Shown one piece after another: positions 39,716-52,676 of a DNA stretch of 64,000 nucleotides. The stretch comes from Lama glama (taxonomy: Eukaryota), in the NCBI GenBank assembly GCA_028534125.1, contig CM052816.1, forward strand, positions 19,656,001-19,720,000. The letters run 5' to 3'. Within the stretch, counting starts at the first letter, position 1. Each line of letters begins with the position of its first letter. The position numbers and the translations under genes are program-made. Below the pieces are notes generated by a model. It was not told the origin of the DNA. It made no database searches and was given only the letters and a program-made list of their open reading frames with translations.

Positions 39716-40230
39716 ACCATAAGACTCAGTTATTCCACTTCTGGGAATTAACCGAAGAACACTAACTTGGAAAGATATATGTACCCCTCTCTGTTCAATG
39801 CATTATTTACTACAGCCAAGATATGGAAACAAACTAAGTCCATCAATGTTTGAATGGATAAAGATGTGGTATATATACACAATGGAATATTTCTCAGCCC
39901 TAAAAAGAATGAAACTCTGACATTTGCAAGAACATGGATGGAAGTTGGTAGTATTATGTTAAGTGAAATAAGCTAGGAAAGACAAATATCTTATAATTTA
40001 ACTCATATTTGGAACCTAAAACAAACAAATGAACAGACAAAACAAAACAAAAACTCACAGATATTGAGATCAAATTAGTGGTTACCAAAGGGGAAGGGAT
40101 TGGTGGAGCAGGTGAAATGGGTGAAGGAGGTCAACTGTATGGTGTTAGATTGTTAACTAAACTTGTGACGGTGATCACTTTGTAGTGTAGATGTCATATT
40201 ATAATGCTGTATACCTTAAACTTATTTTTA
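39716..40230 (+). mobile_element. 5'-truncated L1 3' end
   Basis: ORF2 C-terminal text plus 3' UTR. Confidence 0.78.
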
Positions 40231-41589
40231 AAAGGGAGAAGGAGTACATTTGCAGTCCTATGATTGCCTTCCCTATCTGACTCCTGAATTGGCTCTGAGC
40301 GACCTGTGTACAGGGACTGTTACTCGCTTTTATATTGTTAAGGACAGAACTTAGGTATGCAACAAATATCTGTTGGACTGGGTCAAATCAACATAGTGAC
40401 ATCTCCAGTACAGTATATACAGTGTCTAAACTGCTTGAACATTTCAAAATTATCAAAACTATACTTACATGTAAGTTTACAAGCATATTTGCAAGATTTA
40501 CCATTTAAAGCTCATGTAAAATTACAATTTATAGATTGTAAGAAGCCATAGCCATATGACATATTGCTTAAGTTTTTTTTTACCTTAAAGTAAATGTCTC
40601 AAAAGCATTTCACCCTCAGTGAAATTGTAACTAAATAGCCTAGAATAAAATGTAGTTTACACAATCTGTTACCATAAATTTAACAAAGAACAACTGGTTC
40701 AATTTAACACCATTCCGGTGTTCACTCCCACTTATTCTTGCTTCTGCCTACCTATCTGCCTACTCACATTTTTAAGTCTTTTAGAGCTTTCTTTGTAAAG
40801 AAAACAGCAGTCTCTAAAAACAATGTAAATTAATTATTTTATTCATTGGTTATTTTCTAGAATTTCACAGTAATATTAGATTCCAATGGGCGATTTAAGC
40901 ATTTTAATATTATTATTCTACCATTTTGTTTCCAAGAGTCAAAGATTTACAAGCAAACTGGTAACTTGGCAAACTGTTGGCAGAAAACCTGTCTTTATTA
41001 TACCAATTATGATTAACTTAGCAAATCACAATATAGGACAATGAAAAGAATTCTAGAAGAAATATAAAATTATAAGACATCATCATACCAAATGACAAAT
41101 AGTGCCACATGTACACGCTCCTTAGAGGTTCAGAAACTGTGTCCAACCTCTTTCCAAGTGACGTAAAGACTTCTTAAATCAAACGAGATCCTCTCCTGTA
41201 TTTGGTTGTTTCGAAACTAAAAAACTGAACAGGTGGCCTAACTACAATTCGGGGAAGATTCTGGGAGACATGAGCAGGCCCTAAAGAAGTCTTCGTAAAG
41301 CACAATCATTCATTCATCTCCGCAGATTCACACTGAATACGACCCCCACCATACTGCGAGACCGAAATGGATCAGATCCCAAACTATGCTCTCCAGAAGA
41401 CAGGGATGAGGTGGCGCGAAGGAGGAAGACACGTAAACAGACACCAGGAGCTTTGTATGAGAGTTCTGAGGTATGGACTGAATCTGTGTTTTTCACCCAT
41501 GTATACCCAGGGCGTTACATACAGCAAGTGCTCACCAACTATTTGTTGAAGGAATGAATAAATAAATAAATAAATAAATAAATGGGAAA

Positions 41590-42620
41590 CACTAAAACGA
41601 GCCCGGGATTGCGGCTGCATATTCGCCGTGGTCTCCGTGGCCCAGCCCGCCACCTCCATCTGCTCCTAACCCCGACAGGGAGGTCACCCTTCCCTCCTGT
41701 GCCGTCTCAGACGGCGGCAGAAACCAAAGGTCAGGTCGAGTCGGGGACCAAACTTCGCCGTCCCCGGCCACCCACCCCTCGCCCCCAGGAGGCACTTACC
41801 GTTGGTGTAGGGAGACCCCGAGGCCGAGGCGGCCCCGTTCTGGGCCTGGAGGCCCGTAGGGGCACCGCCGGAGGCCGGTATCCCGGGCTGGGACATGACG
41901 ACGACGATGTTTATCAAGGTTGGAAGGGGCTGGTCTGGGTCTGCGACAGCGCCAAGCCGAGAGCTGAAAAGACGGCCGCTGGAAGCGGAGGGAGGGGGCT
42001 AACGACTTAAGACTGAAGGCGGGATAGAAAGAAGGCGGCGCATAAAGCTCTAGGCATGGCGCCGCATTTTCCCCAGCCCGCCGGCGGCCGCCGCCTGGCC
42101 TGGGTGCTCAGGCTTGGGAGTCGGGCCGGTGGGCCCGGGAACGCCGGGTTGGGAGGCAGCAGCCAAACGCAGAGACACCCTGCGAGGCCCCGGCCGGAAC
42201 TGCCTGTCAGCCGGAGCCCGCGCAGGCGCAGTCGGGACACGTGGCACTTCCGGCTCCGGCTCCGGCCTCGCGGCGGGCTCGGCGGTAGGTGATCTCTTCT
42301 CTCCCAGCGGGGCTGCCCAGAAGCCACCTGACAGCTCGGGGTGTCCCGGCCCGAAGGACCATGCTCGGTCTCGCCTGCCACGTCACTGACTCTTACCGTC
42401 GGCCGGAAGTGGCGTGTGTCACAGCCACGGAAATCCCCGCCGTCGTGAACGTCATCGCTCCCGCACGGTCGGGATCTGAGGGCAGCTTTCGTGGAGTGGG
42501 ACTGACAGTTCCTCTCCTCCAGTTTTTGTGACGATTACCTGAGATCTCAAACGTCTTCGTCCTCTGTTGAGGCTATACCTCGGGTAGCTGAACCGATTAA
42601 TAATCATCGCAGTATTTCAT
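41590..42620 (-). promoter_or_regulatory. SEC24A: CpG island / SEC24A promoter and 5' UTR
   Basis: Abrupt GC- and CpG-rich segment covering exon 1; ETS motifs (ACTTCCGG ~42246, CCGGAAGT 42403-42410); TGACGTGG on minus strand at 42378-42385. Confidence 0.9.
41800..41896 (-). CDS. SEC24A: SEC24A coding exon 1 (start codon; MSQPGIPASGGAPTGLQAQNGAASASGSPYTN-G)
   Basis: ATG at 41896 in GTCGTCATG context within a CpG island; 97 nt; donor G|GTAAGT; N-terminus matches mammalian SEC24A as I recall it. Confidence 0.96.
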
Positions 42621-43559
42621 TTCACATTTTGTCATTATATTCCAGGTGTAAATTGTGAGGGCATTTTTTAAAGGGGTGGTTAATAATGTACGTGTGTTGA
42701 AAAAAATCAAGCCGAAGAGGAGGTCTATGCTTTTGAGGGGTGGGGGTGGGGGTCTTTGCTTTTGACCGGGGATTTGAGAAGTAATTTTAATTTGGAAACT
42801 TGCTGATTCATAGCATGGTCATGCCAAAGTTCATTAACAACATATTTAGATGGCAGTTTTATTTCCTCTCCCAAGAGTTTACAGTAAGGTAGAACATTCA
42901 AACTTCCTTTCTAGGCAAGACATTTTTTTTTTACTTTTGAGGTCAAAGGGAGGTAGAAATTGGAGTGATTAGACAACACTGTTAATTAATGAACTAAGTA
43001 ATCATCTTAGCCACTTAAATTATACTTACATTTTTCCTGTTCTGACCTGATGATCAAGCCCTTTAAACTACAGATTTGTACTGTTGATTAAAATGTCAAG
43101 AGTTTAAAACCCGAGGGTGAAATACATCTTTACTTAATTCATTTAATGTCAGATACCTGCTATGAAATGCTATATTACACACAAAGAGATGTAAACTGCT
43201 GTGTAAGGCCCGAAAAACAAACAGTAAGAGTTGAAATAGTTAAGTGTTAACTTTTATCCTGATTTTATCATTTGCCTTAGAACCTAACTAAAAATGTGTT
43301 TGCTATGTGTGGAATTGAAAAATTGAACTCCTTTGTGCAAGGTGCAAATACAAAGTCTTACTGAGGATGAAGATGATACTTCTGGACAAACTATTTTCAG
43401 CTTAGAGCCCCTGTAACAAAATGCCAAATCATATATAAAAGAACACAAGACTTTTAGTGTTTTAAAGAGAAAATGGACCTACCTGAGGTCAGACAGAAAC
43501 TCAGGGTCACTCTACAAAAGGGGAGGTGCTTAGCCCTGGTCTCAAGCTTGCATTAAATT

Positions 43560-43697
43560 CTTTCTTTTTAAATTTTTTTGGGAGGAGGTAATTAGGTTTA
43601 TTTATTTGTTTATTTTTAATGGAGGTACTGGGGATTGAATCCAGGGCCTCATGCAGGATAAGCATGCACTCTACCACTTGAGCTATGCCCTCCCCCA
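43560..43697 (-). mobile_element. tRNA-derived SINE (Vic-1-like)
   Basis: A and B boxes and shared tail. Confidence 0.86.
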
Positions 43698-45619
43698 TAA
43701 TCCTTTATTTTTTTTTAATGCAACTCCTTAATGATCTTGGTTGGTTGACCTTGACACAGGAGTTTGATCTGGTTAAATCAAGTTTTCTTTAGACTTTGTT
43801 CTGTTTAAGCAATGTCTGTGTTCAGAAAAAAACTGATGGAGAAGGATGAGCCATTTTAGAAAGTAACCTCTGGCTAAATCAGGTTAAATAAACAAATAAT
43901 TTGCTAATAAGTAAACAATGCTTTTTCTAAAGTTTGTTCCATCGCTAAGTATCCTGTTGCTATTATCAAGTGCCCCTCAAAAACAAACAAACAAAACTGT
44001 GGTTAAGTCTTTCAGATGTTTTTTACATTTTCAGTGTAATCAGCTTTAAAATATTGAGCGAAAAAGCAGCATTTATCATTTTCACACCCTCAGGAAAATA
44101 GTAGGAAAATAAGTTTAAGTAATTTAGGTGAGATAACATATTTTAAAAGTTAAGTAATTTTCATTTTATATATTATCTACACATTGTCAATTCCTTCTCT
44201 TGCTTTTTAGTGTATGGCCACATGAATATTAAGGAAAAATTATTAGTGCTACTACCAGTTGTTAAGGGTATTGATATGTCTTTGGTCAGTTACCTATTTC
44301 TACCCTACACTACCATACACTTTTCTAAACTAATGTAATAAATTCTACTTTGTTATTCTTGTTTTCCAGAACAAGACCCTCCTACCACATATGTCCCTTC
44401 ATGTATCTATGTATCAGGTTTTCTGCACATTATTTTCAGAGCCTTCAACCTTATTTAAGAAAATTATAAACAACAAAACAAGTGACACAAAAATGTTTCA
44501 GTAATGAGACAGCACTATACAAAGACTATTAAATTAAATTTGATTACTTATTTAGACCCCAAAGAGGGAGATAAACCTTCCTAATAAAATTTGTTGATAT
44601 GCAGAAGTGGACTTGGGTTCACACCAGTCTAAGTCCACTTTGCCTGCCTGCTCATGACTGTTTAATTGTCAGCTGATAAGCAGGACCAATTCTGTTTACT
44701 TTTCAGGATGGGGGATATTATTTTAGCTCTCTTAATTATTTTTTTAATTATTCTATTTCTATTTCAAACAAAAGTTTCAATTACAAACAACAGGTTTGTT
44801 CTGAAACTATCCTGTACCTCCATTTTAGGAACAGTTCCTTTAGCCTCATTTGCCTCTGACAGAACATCTGTTTGTATCTAAAATCAGCAGCTCTGAAGCT
44901 GCAAGTACACTCATCCCACACCAAGCCAGTAAATCCCACTGCTTTCTTGGAAAACTTTTCACCTTTATGTAGGTATTGCCATTCTCATTGCCCACTCTGG
45001 TTAGTTTTCATCATCTTGTACTTGAACTACTGGGGGGTAGTCTTTCTGGTTTCAATCTCTCCCATCCATCCTACTTGTTGAATTAAGCTCCTAAATACTG
45101 ATTCCATTTTTATTTTCCTGTACCCCAAAACCTGTAATGCTCCCTGTGCCTGCCCCATCAAGTTAAAATTTCTTTGCACGGCTTTTCTCATCTCGTGCTG
45201 ACTAAAATCCAAAGTCCTACTCATAGCCTTCGAGGCTTCACATGACCGGGCCTTGCTACCTCTCCCTCCTCATCTTCCCCACTCCCTCTTACTCACTCCA
45301 CTCCAGAAACACTAGCTGTTTCCCTAGCTACCCAAGCACAAGCCTGCCGTAACCCTTATTTCCATTACCTGGGACGCTCTTCCCCAAGACACCCGTGTAG
45401 CTCTCAATCTTTGAGTGTTTATTCAAATGAGACCTTTTGACGAGGCCTTCTCTGAACACCCTATACAACAGCATACCCTCCCTGCTCACTTTCTATCCCT
45501 CTCACCCTGCTTTTTTTTCTTCATAACACTTCTCATCATTGTCATACATTTGTGTTTATGTTTCTCTTTCTCCATTGGGATAAGATTCTATATGCATCCT
45601 GACAATTCTAAGGTAATCA

Positions 45620-45891
45620 TTTTTAAAATTTTTTATTGAAGTGTAGTTGATTTACAATGTTAGTTTCAGGTGTACAGCAAAGTGATTCAGTTATACACAC
45701 ATACATATTTTCTTTTCAGATTCTTTTCCATTATATTATTACAAGAAATTGAATATAGTTCCTTGTGCTATACAGTAGGTCCTTGTTGTTTATCTGTTTT
45801 TTATATAATAGTGTGTGTCTGTTAATCCCCAACCCCTAATTTAGCCCTCCCTGCCCTTTCGCCTTTCATAACCATAGTTTGTTCTCTGTGG
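45620..45891 (-). mobile_element. 5'-truncated L1 3' end inserted in an L2 remnant
   Basis: TTTTATTGAAGTGTAGTTGATTTACAATG...; exact TSD AAGGTAATCA at 45610-45619 and 45892-45901. Confidence 0.85.
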
Positions 45892-48800
45892 AAGGTAATC
45901 ACTTTTCATTTCATATCTATCTCCTTGTTTAGACTGTAAGAGAGTAGAGACCAGGGACTGTGCCCTGTTTTTTGTTTGTTTGTTTGTTTGTTTTGACTGT
46001 GCCCTGTTTACCTCTGTATTCTCAGCACTTGGCTTGAGGCCTTGCACTTAACAGGTGTTCAATAAACATTTTTGAATGAATATATTTAAAGTGTCATCCC
46101 TTCCAATCTTCTATTCTGAATACTTTGACCCTCATTAATTCACTACTATGAATTCATATGCATTTGTAGCCTAAACTCCATCACTAGCGCTTGTTTCTAA
46201 ACTGTGTTGTTCTCTAATTCTTCTACATTCTTAAAACAATGCTGTGTTGTGTCCCATGTGATACAGACCTAATAGTATAGCCGAAATAGTGTCAGCCTCT
46301 GGTCAGGTCCTATCTTCCCTGGGTAGCACTGGAGGTGCATTGTTAAATGCCAACTCTTTCCTTTTTTAACTCTAAATACATCGCTCCATCCCTACCCCCT
46401 CTACACACACCCTGGCACCATAGTATCAGAGATCTGAGATACAAATTTCCCTTTAAATCTATCTTTTTATCATACTTTCTACTGAATGACCTCACCAGCT
46501 CCTTCATTCATTGATTGATTCATTCATTCAACAAATATTGATCAAATGCCTTCTAGATGTCAGGCACTATGCTAGGCACCAAGCAAAAACAGAAGAGGAC
46601 AGACAGGGTCTCTTCTTTTTGTGGCGTTTACAGTGGAAGAAACAAAAATGTGAACAAGTATGTATTTTTTAATTTCAAATTTGGTAAGTGCTGTTGAGCA
46701 ATTGGTAGTGAGAAGAATAGGAAGCAGGGACCTGATTTGGATAGGATGATTAGGAACAGGGGTGACATTTAGGCTCTGATCTAAAGGATGAAAAAGCTAG
46801 CTATACAAAGAGAGAAGATGGGGAGAAGAACTCTGGGCAAAGGGAACAACACCTACAAAAGCCTAGAGACAGGAATGAGCTTGCTTTAGTGAGCAAGGCA
46901 AAATGGCACAAGATGAGATTGGAGAAATAGAGGTGGCCAAAACAGACAAACAGACAAACAAAAAATAGAGGGGGCCAGAGCAACAAGAGCCTTATAAAGC
47001 ACTGTAGAGAGTTTATAGACTTTGGGAAACAATTGAAGAATTGTAACCAGGAATGTAATTGGATCCAATTCATGCTTTAAGATGAATCCATTAAAAAAAA
47101 AAGTCATTCCAACAGCTGTGAGGATGATAATTGATTGGTGGGAAATAAAGAATTGTTGCAATAACCTAGGCCAGAGATGATGGTGGCCTGCAGTAAGGTG
47201 GCTGTAGTTGAGATAGAGAGAAGTAGACTCACTAATCCAAGTTAAAGCTTTGGGCTCTGATATTTCCTTGCTTTTGCTACCAACATGCAATCAATCATGA
47301 AATCACATAGGTTCCAACCTTTACATTTTCTTATTATTTCTCTGTTCCTGCTGACCTGTCCCAGTCCCATGTTACCTCTCCCCTGCATGATTGCAGCTTC
47401 CTCATTACTGATTTCAGCTTTCAGTCCTGACCTGAAACCCACACACTGCTGCCAGGGCAAACTTTGAGGAAACACGGCTCTGACTGTGTTCCTGCTTTGC
47501 TCGGAACCTCCAAAAGGCTTTACAGTTTGGGTGTCAAGGTCCCCGGTAGTCCAATCCAAATCTATTCAGTCAAGCCATAATACTTGCCTAGTTCTTTTCC
47601 CATCTCTGTTCCTTTCTGAATGTTATTCTCTCCTTATTACATATTATCTCTTCTGGGCATTAGTCCCCATTTTACATAAGCAGGAACTGAAACTTTGAGT
47701 AGCCAATAATGTTAGAACCATAGCCTGTAGCTAGAGGTGGTAGTCTTAACTATTAATACTCTATTAAAAATGCAGCCATTTAAAATTCATGATTTAGAAG
47801 AATACTTAATTACATGGGAAAGTGCCCATAATAAATAAGTTTTAAATTTTAAATGTTTTACAGAACTGTTTATAGTATGATTATCATCTTATAAAACTGG
47901 TTATATCCTTGAGACGTGACTGAGGGTGATTTTTTTTTTGTTCTCATTATATTTTTCTGGATTTTCCAAACTTTTTATCATTACTATGCATTACATTTAT
48001 AACAACAACAATCATCAAAAAGATTGGGGGTAAACATCCTATACAGCCTTTAAGGCTCTCCTCAAACACTGATGTCTGCGGCCTGACCACTCCCTCACCC
48101 CTACTACAAGTTTGTACTTTGTTATCATTTTTCTACTCCTACCTTCTTTTATAGTTAGTTGTGACCTAACACACTTCCCTGCCAATCTGAAAGGTCCTGG
48201 AGGAAAGAGACTATATCTTGCTTATTGTCATTTCCCCACTCCTAGTCATTTTACAATCTGTTGCTGAAGCCAGCAGGAATCATAATTTAGTTTTTTTTTT
48301 TTAAAGGGTGACTTAAATGCCAGGGATATCAGGAAAGAAAGGCAATCCAAGAGAAGATTTGTGGAGTAATCTTGAGGAGCCTAGTGAAGTGCCTCAGGCC
48401 ACTTAAAAGTATTTATTAAACCAAACTGGATTCAAGATTAGGTGAATGGAAAGGAGAATAGACAGAAACCCAGGCTGGAACAGCAGGTTCCTCCAACTCA
48501 GACCAATGGACTCTAGGGAAATTCTTTAACTCCTTGAGGACAAAAGTGTAGCTAGGAGTCCATATTATGAATGAATCACTTGTTAATATGTATTAAGTGC
48601 ATGTTATATGCCAGGCACTGAAAATGGGTTCTAGAGGGGAAAAGGCAAATATAGTCCTTGCCTTTAAGAAAGCGCAAAGAATGTCAGTTGGGGGAGCCTA
48701 TAAATAAATAATCATATATATTTAATTGAACAATTATAAGCAAGATATCTTCAATGATAAGGTAAATTGTAGTTTCTGGAGAAACTGTAATAGAGAGCTT

Positions 48801-49211
48801 AACCAAGTCTGAGAGAGAGGCTTTGACAAGAAAGGACTGTTGGTGCTGAGACCTGAAGAGTATGGAGGAGTTAGCTGGTTGGAGAGGAGAGATCTAGGGA
48901 AGCAGCTCTGGCTCTGGCAGAAGGAATGACAGGTGCAAAAGGAGGACCCATGGAGTAAGGCATTTCCTGAGGCTGGAATCAAAGAGGAGGATATCCAGCA
49001 GAGCTGGTTATAGGCTTTGTTGGGAATCTATTGAATAACATCTGCTTCTTTCCCCAAACACCTCCTTGTTCTGTCCCCATCACCTAGAATCCTAGGCTTG
49101 AGAGCAATCTTGGAAGCACTGTCACATACTTTTCATTCAAGGCATCCAAGTATTCCCATTTGAATACATTTAAGAAAGGTAACATCCAGTTCCCGGGTTT
49201 CAGCACCAAAA

Positions 49212-49272
49212 AGAGAGAGACAGAGACAGACACAGAGACAGAGACAGAGAGACAGACAGACAGAAAGAAAGA
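49212..49272. repeat. Compound (GAGACA/GACA/GAAA)n simple repeat
   Basis: Directly visible. Confidence 0.85.
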
Positions 49273-49406
49273 AAACATCCATTAGCAAAGAGCGGCAGTG
49301 GAGTCAAGACAGCCTTGTTTAAGGCTCAGTACCGAGTACCCAATATATTATCTGGCACATAGTTCACATTTTGTAAATTACTTATTGAACTCAGGAAAAA
49401 GGTGTA

Positions 49407-49584
49407 GTTTGTTTTTTTCCAATTCTTATTTTTTATTGAAGTGTAGTCGATTTACAACGTTAGTTTCAGGTGCACAACAAAGCGATATACATATATATTT
49501 CTTTTTTTCCTTCAGATTCTTTTCCATGAAAGCTCATGACAAGAAACTAAATATAGTTCCCTGTGCTATACAGTAGGTTCTTGT
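49407..49584 (-). mobile_element. 5'-truncated L1 3' end next to the SAR1B CpG island
   Basis: Same L1 3' consensus; imperfect TSD A(G/A)GAAA(A/C)AGGTGTA at 49393-49406 and 49585-49598. Confidence 0.8.
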
Positions 49585-49689
49585 AAGAAACAGGTGTACT
49601 TTAAAAATGTATTTTTTAAAAAAAAAGATGTCACGTATAATTTCTCCAAACTAGGAACTGGTGTTCCTTTCTCTGCCTAGGAGGCCCCG

Positions 49690-50350
49690 AAACCCGTTTA
49701 AACATGTGTGGGGAGCCAGCCGGCTTCAACTCGGGTTGCACTCAGCCGCAGGACTGGCGGCGGAACCGCCAGGAGGCGGAACTGCAAGCGCGCGGCGCTG
49801 CAGTCCTGCGAACCTTCGGCAGTGAAGCACCCGCCGGTCCGGAAGGAGCTGACGCGAATTAGGGCCGCGGCAGCCATAGCCCTTTGCAGTTTGGTGTCCG
49901 AGTGAGTAAGGCCAACGCTAAGAAAGGAATTGCGTTCTCTCCAATCGCAGGTGAGTGGCGGCATCTCCTCCGGGGAAAACCGGCAGGCGGCAGCTGTTGA
50001 CCCCAGGGAAGGAGCACTTTTCTGGCCTCGGCCCGCCCGCCCCTGCCTGCAACCGGGCGAGGAAGGGACGCTTGTTTTCCGCCCTGGAATCTGGCGGCTG
50101 GAGGGAGGACGGGTTCCTTTCATGCTCCGTGGGGCCAGCCGTTTTGTACGTCATCCTGGGACGACACCCCTGGTGTCAGACGGTGGGTTAATTCAAGGAA
50201 GAACGAGATGACTCTGAACTGCAGGCGAGTCCTTCCTCTCTGCCTCAGTTTCCTCACCCGGTCAAGTGAAGGAGGCTGGGATCATTGACAGCTCAAGAGG
50301 TTGTGACGCGGCGTGCTGTTTTCAGTTCTCCCAGTTAGTGTGCGGACAGA
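49690..50350 (+). promoter_or_regulatory. SAR1B: CpG island / SAR1B promoter with non-coding exon 1
   Basis: CpG-rich island with plus-strand donors GA|GTGAGT (49902) and CAG|GTGAGT (49951), upstream of the SAR1B first coding exon; exact TSS not determinable from sequence. Confidence 0.82.
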
Positions 50351-51429
50351 TCGAATAGTAGTTAACGTATTGAGCTAGCCCAAGTCCCAGTTGAGTAAGG
50401 AAAAGATACACTTTTGGGGGGAAAACAGTAATGGCTTATAAACTGTTCCAAGAGTTTCCAACAAGGTAGAAATTGATTTTGACAACAGTTAAAACTTTGA
50501 TATCGTTGACCAAAAGAATCAAACTTGTCAAGAAATTTAAGGTATTAGCATCTTTGGGCAAAATAAGGTGAAATTTTTTAATCTGAAAAATTAAACCTAA
50601 TGTTAGTTGCACGTTTTCATATCAAGATCTGTGCTATCACTGTGTCTCTTAAGAATGTCCGGTGTTCAGTGTTAAAGTACCATTTACAGTAAATCACAAT
50701 GAAGCAAATGAAAGAAAAAAAAGGAACATTTATTGTCTACTATGTGTAAAGCGCCAGCTATGCACACAACAATCCATTAAGGAAGTAGTAGTATCACCTC
50801 TATTTTACATATGAGGGATAAAGGATGATTTACATTTTGTCAATAACTGTTGATGCTGATATTTTAAGGCAATATGTGTATCTAACACTGTTCTAGAGGA
50901 CTTGCATTCCTCATCAAAATATTTTGAACTTTAAACACTTAATAGTTTGTTAGCATTTTCTGAGTTTGCAGAAAAGGGAGGTGATGCCCTCATTTTAGAA
51001 GTATTAGAGAAGCATTATCAGAATATGAAGATAAGCAGTTTCAATAAGTTAAACAATTTTAACGTTCCTTTGCCTTGCACTTCAAGCAAGAATTGAGACA
51101 AAAGATTAGGCTATCAGAAATGAATGTCACTGCCACATCATTTGAAGCTTATAAATCAGAATTCTGCAGTAATGATTCATTATTTCTTCTTAAGTACATT
51201 ATTTCTTCTTAAGTACACTTGGCTGGAATTCATTTAAATTATTTTTCTGCAAAACATTACCAAGCAAATAATTTTAAGATCACGGTATTGAAAAGTTTCT
51301 CTTCTTTGTGTATAGAACAATCTGAATTAAAATTATTTTAGTGATTGAATTTGTTATTGCTTATGTCAGTTTTTATTTTCTTAGTTCATTATAGGCAAGT
51401 TCAGTACTCAGGGTCTCAAACAACTTTTT

Positions 51430-52205
51430 AAAAATTAACTTATTTTTATTGAGGTGTAGTTGATTTACAATGCTGTGTTAGTTTCAGGTGTACAGCAAAA
51501 AATGATTGTACATATACATACATATATATTCTTTTTCAGATCCTTTTCCATTATAGGTTATTACAAGACACTGAATACAGTTCCCGGTGCTATATGTAGG
51601 TCATTGTTTATCCATTTTATATATAGTAGTGTGTATATGTTAATCCCAAACTTCTACTTTATCCCTCCCTCCACCCTTTTCCCCTTTGGTAACGATAGTT
51701 TGTTTTCTGTGTCTATGAGTCTATTTCTGGTTTGTAAATAAGTTCATTTGTATCTTTTTTTTTAAGATTCCACATAAAAGTGATATCATGTGATATTTGT
51801 CTTTCTTTGTCTGACTTCACTTAGTATGATAATCTCTAGATTTATCTGTGTTGCTGCAAATAGCATTATTTCATTCTTTTTTATGGCTGAGTAGTATTCA
51901 TTGTGTATATACTCCACATCTTCTCTATCCATTCATCCGTTGATGGACATTGAGGTTGCTTCCATGTCTTGGCTATTGTAAATAGTGCTGCCATGAACAC
52001 TGGGGTGCATGTATCTTTTAGAGTTAGAGTTTTCTCCAGACACATGCCCAGAAGTGAGACAGCTAGATCATATAAGTCTATTTAGTTTTTTAAGGAATCT
52101 CCATACTATTTTCCAAAGTGGCTGCACCAAATTATATTCTCACAAACAGTGTAGGAGGGTTCCTTTTTCTCCACATCCTCTCCAGCATTTATTATTTGTG
52201 GACTT
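51430..52205 (-). mobile_element. 5'-truncated L1
   Basis: L1 3' UTR and ORF2 C-terminal text on minus strand. Confidence 0.83.
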
Positions 52206-52523
52206 TTTAATATATAGTTTTTCCCCCCTTTTCTCTTAAAAAAATCCTGTTTGTATTTGTCATAGATTTAACTTATGTATATCAAGTGTCACTTTTCCTT
52301 AAAGAAATACTGAGTATGTACTTTCTGTTCATTACACAAACCAAAAGGTTTATTTCCATTATTATAATTGGAGCTCATTCAATCCTAAAGTGTTTTCTTG
52401 AATTTTTTATTTGCACCACTGTTTTAATACTATAAAGGTTGTAAAAAGAAAATTAACAATTTTGGGGGAAAGTATTTATAAAGCAGCATTGTCTTAAAAC
52501 ATTCAACATTGTCACTGTCCATT

Positions 52524-52653
52524 TTTTTTTAGGTTTGTTTGTTTGTTTGTTCGTTTGTTTATTTATTTATATTTGGAGGAGGTACTGGGGATTGAACCCA
52601 GGACCTTGTGTATGCTAAGCATATGCTCTACCTCTTGAGCTATACCCTCCCTC
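52524..52653 (-). mobile_element. tRNA-derived SINE (Vic-1-like)
   Basis: A and B boxes; exact TSD TGTCACTGTCCATT at 52510-52523 and 52654-52667. Confidence 0.88.
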
Positions 52654-52676
52654 TGTCACTGTCCATTATTTTAGTA

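Noticed and set aside
41897..41917. N-terminal extension MINIVVV of SEC24A in the ORF track
   Set aside because: Starts at TTG, not ATG; the ATG at 41896 matches the known N-terminus.
41582..42531. Overlapping 65-142 aa ORFs on both strands in the SEC24A CpG island
   Set aside because: Expected stop-codon depletion in GC-rich DNA; Arg/Pro/Gly-rich with no recognisable domain. Only 41800-41896 is supported as coding.
49698..50211. ORFs in the SAR1B CpG island
   Set aside because: Same GC-content artefact; the SAR1B start codon is at 60270.
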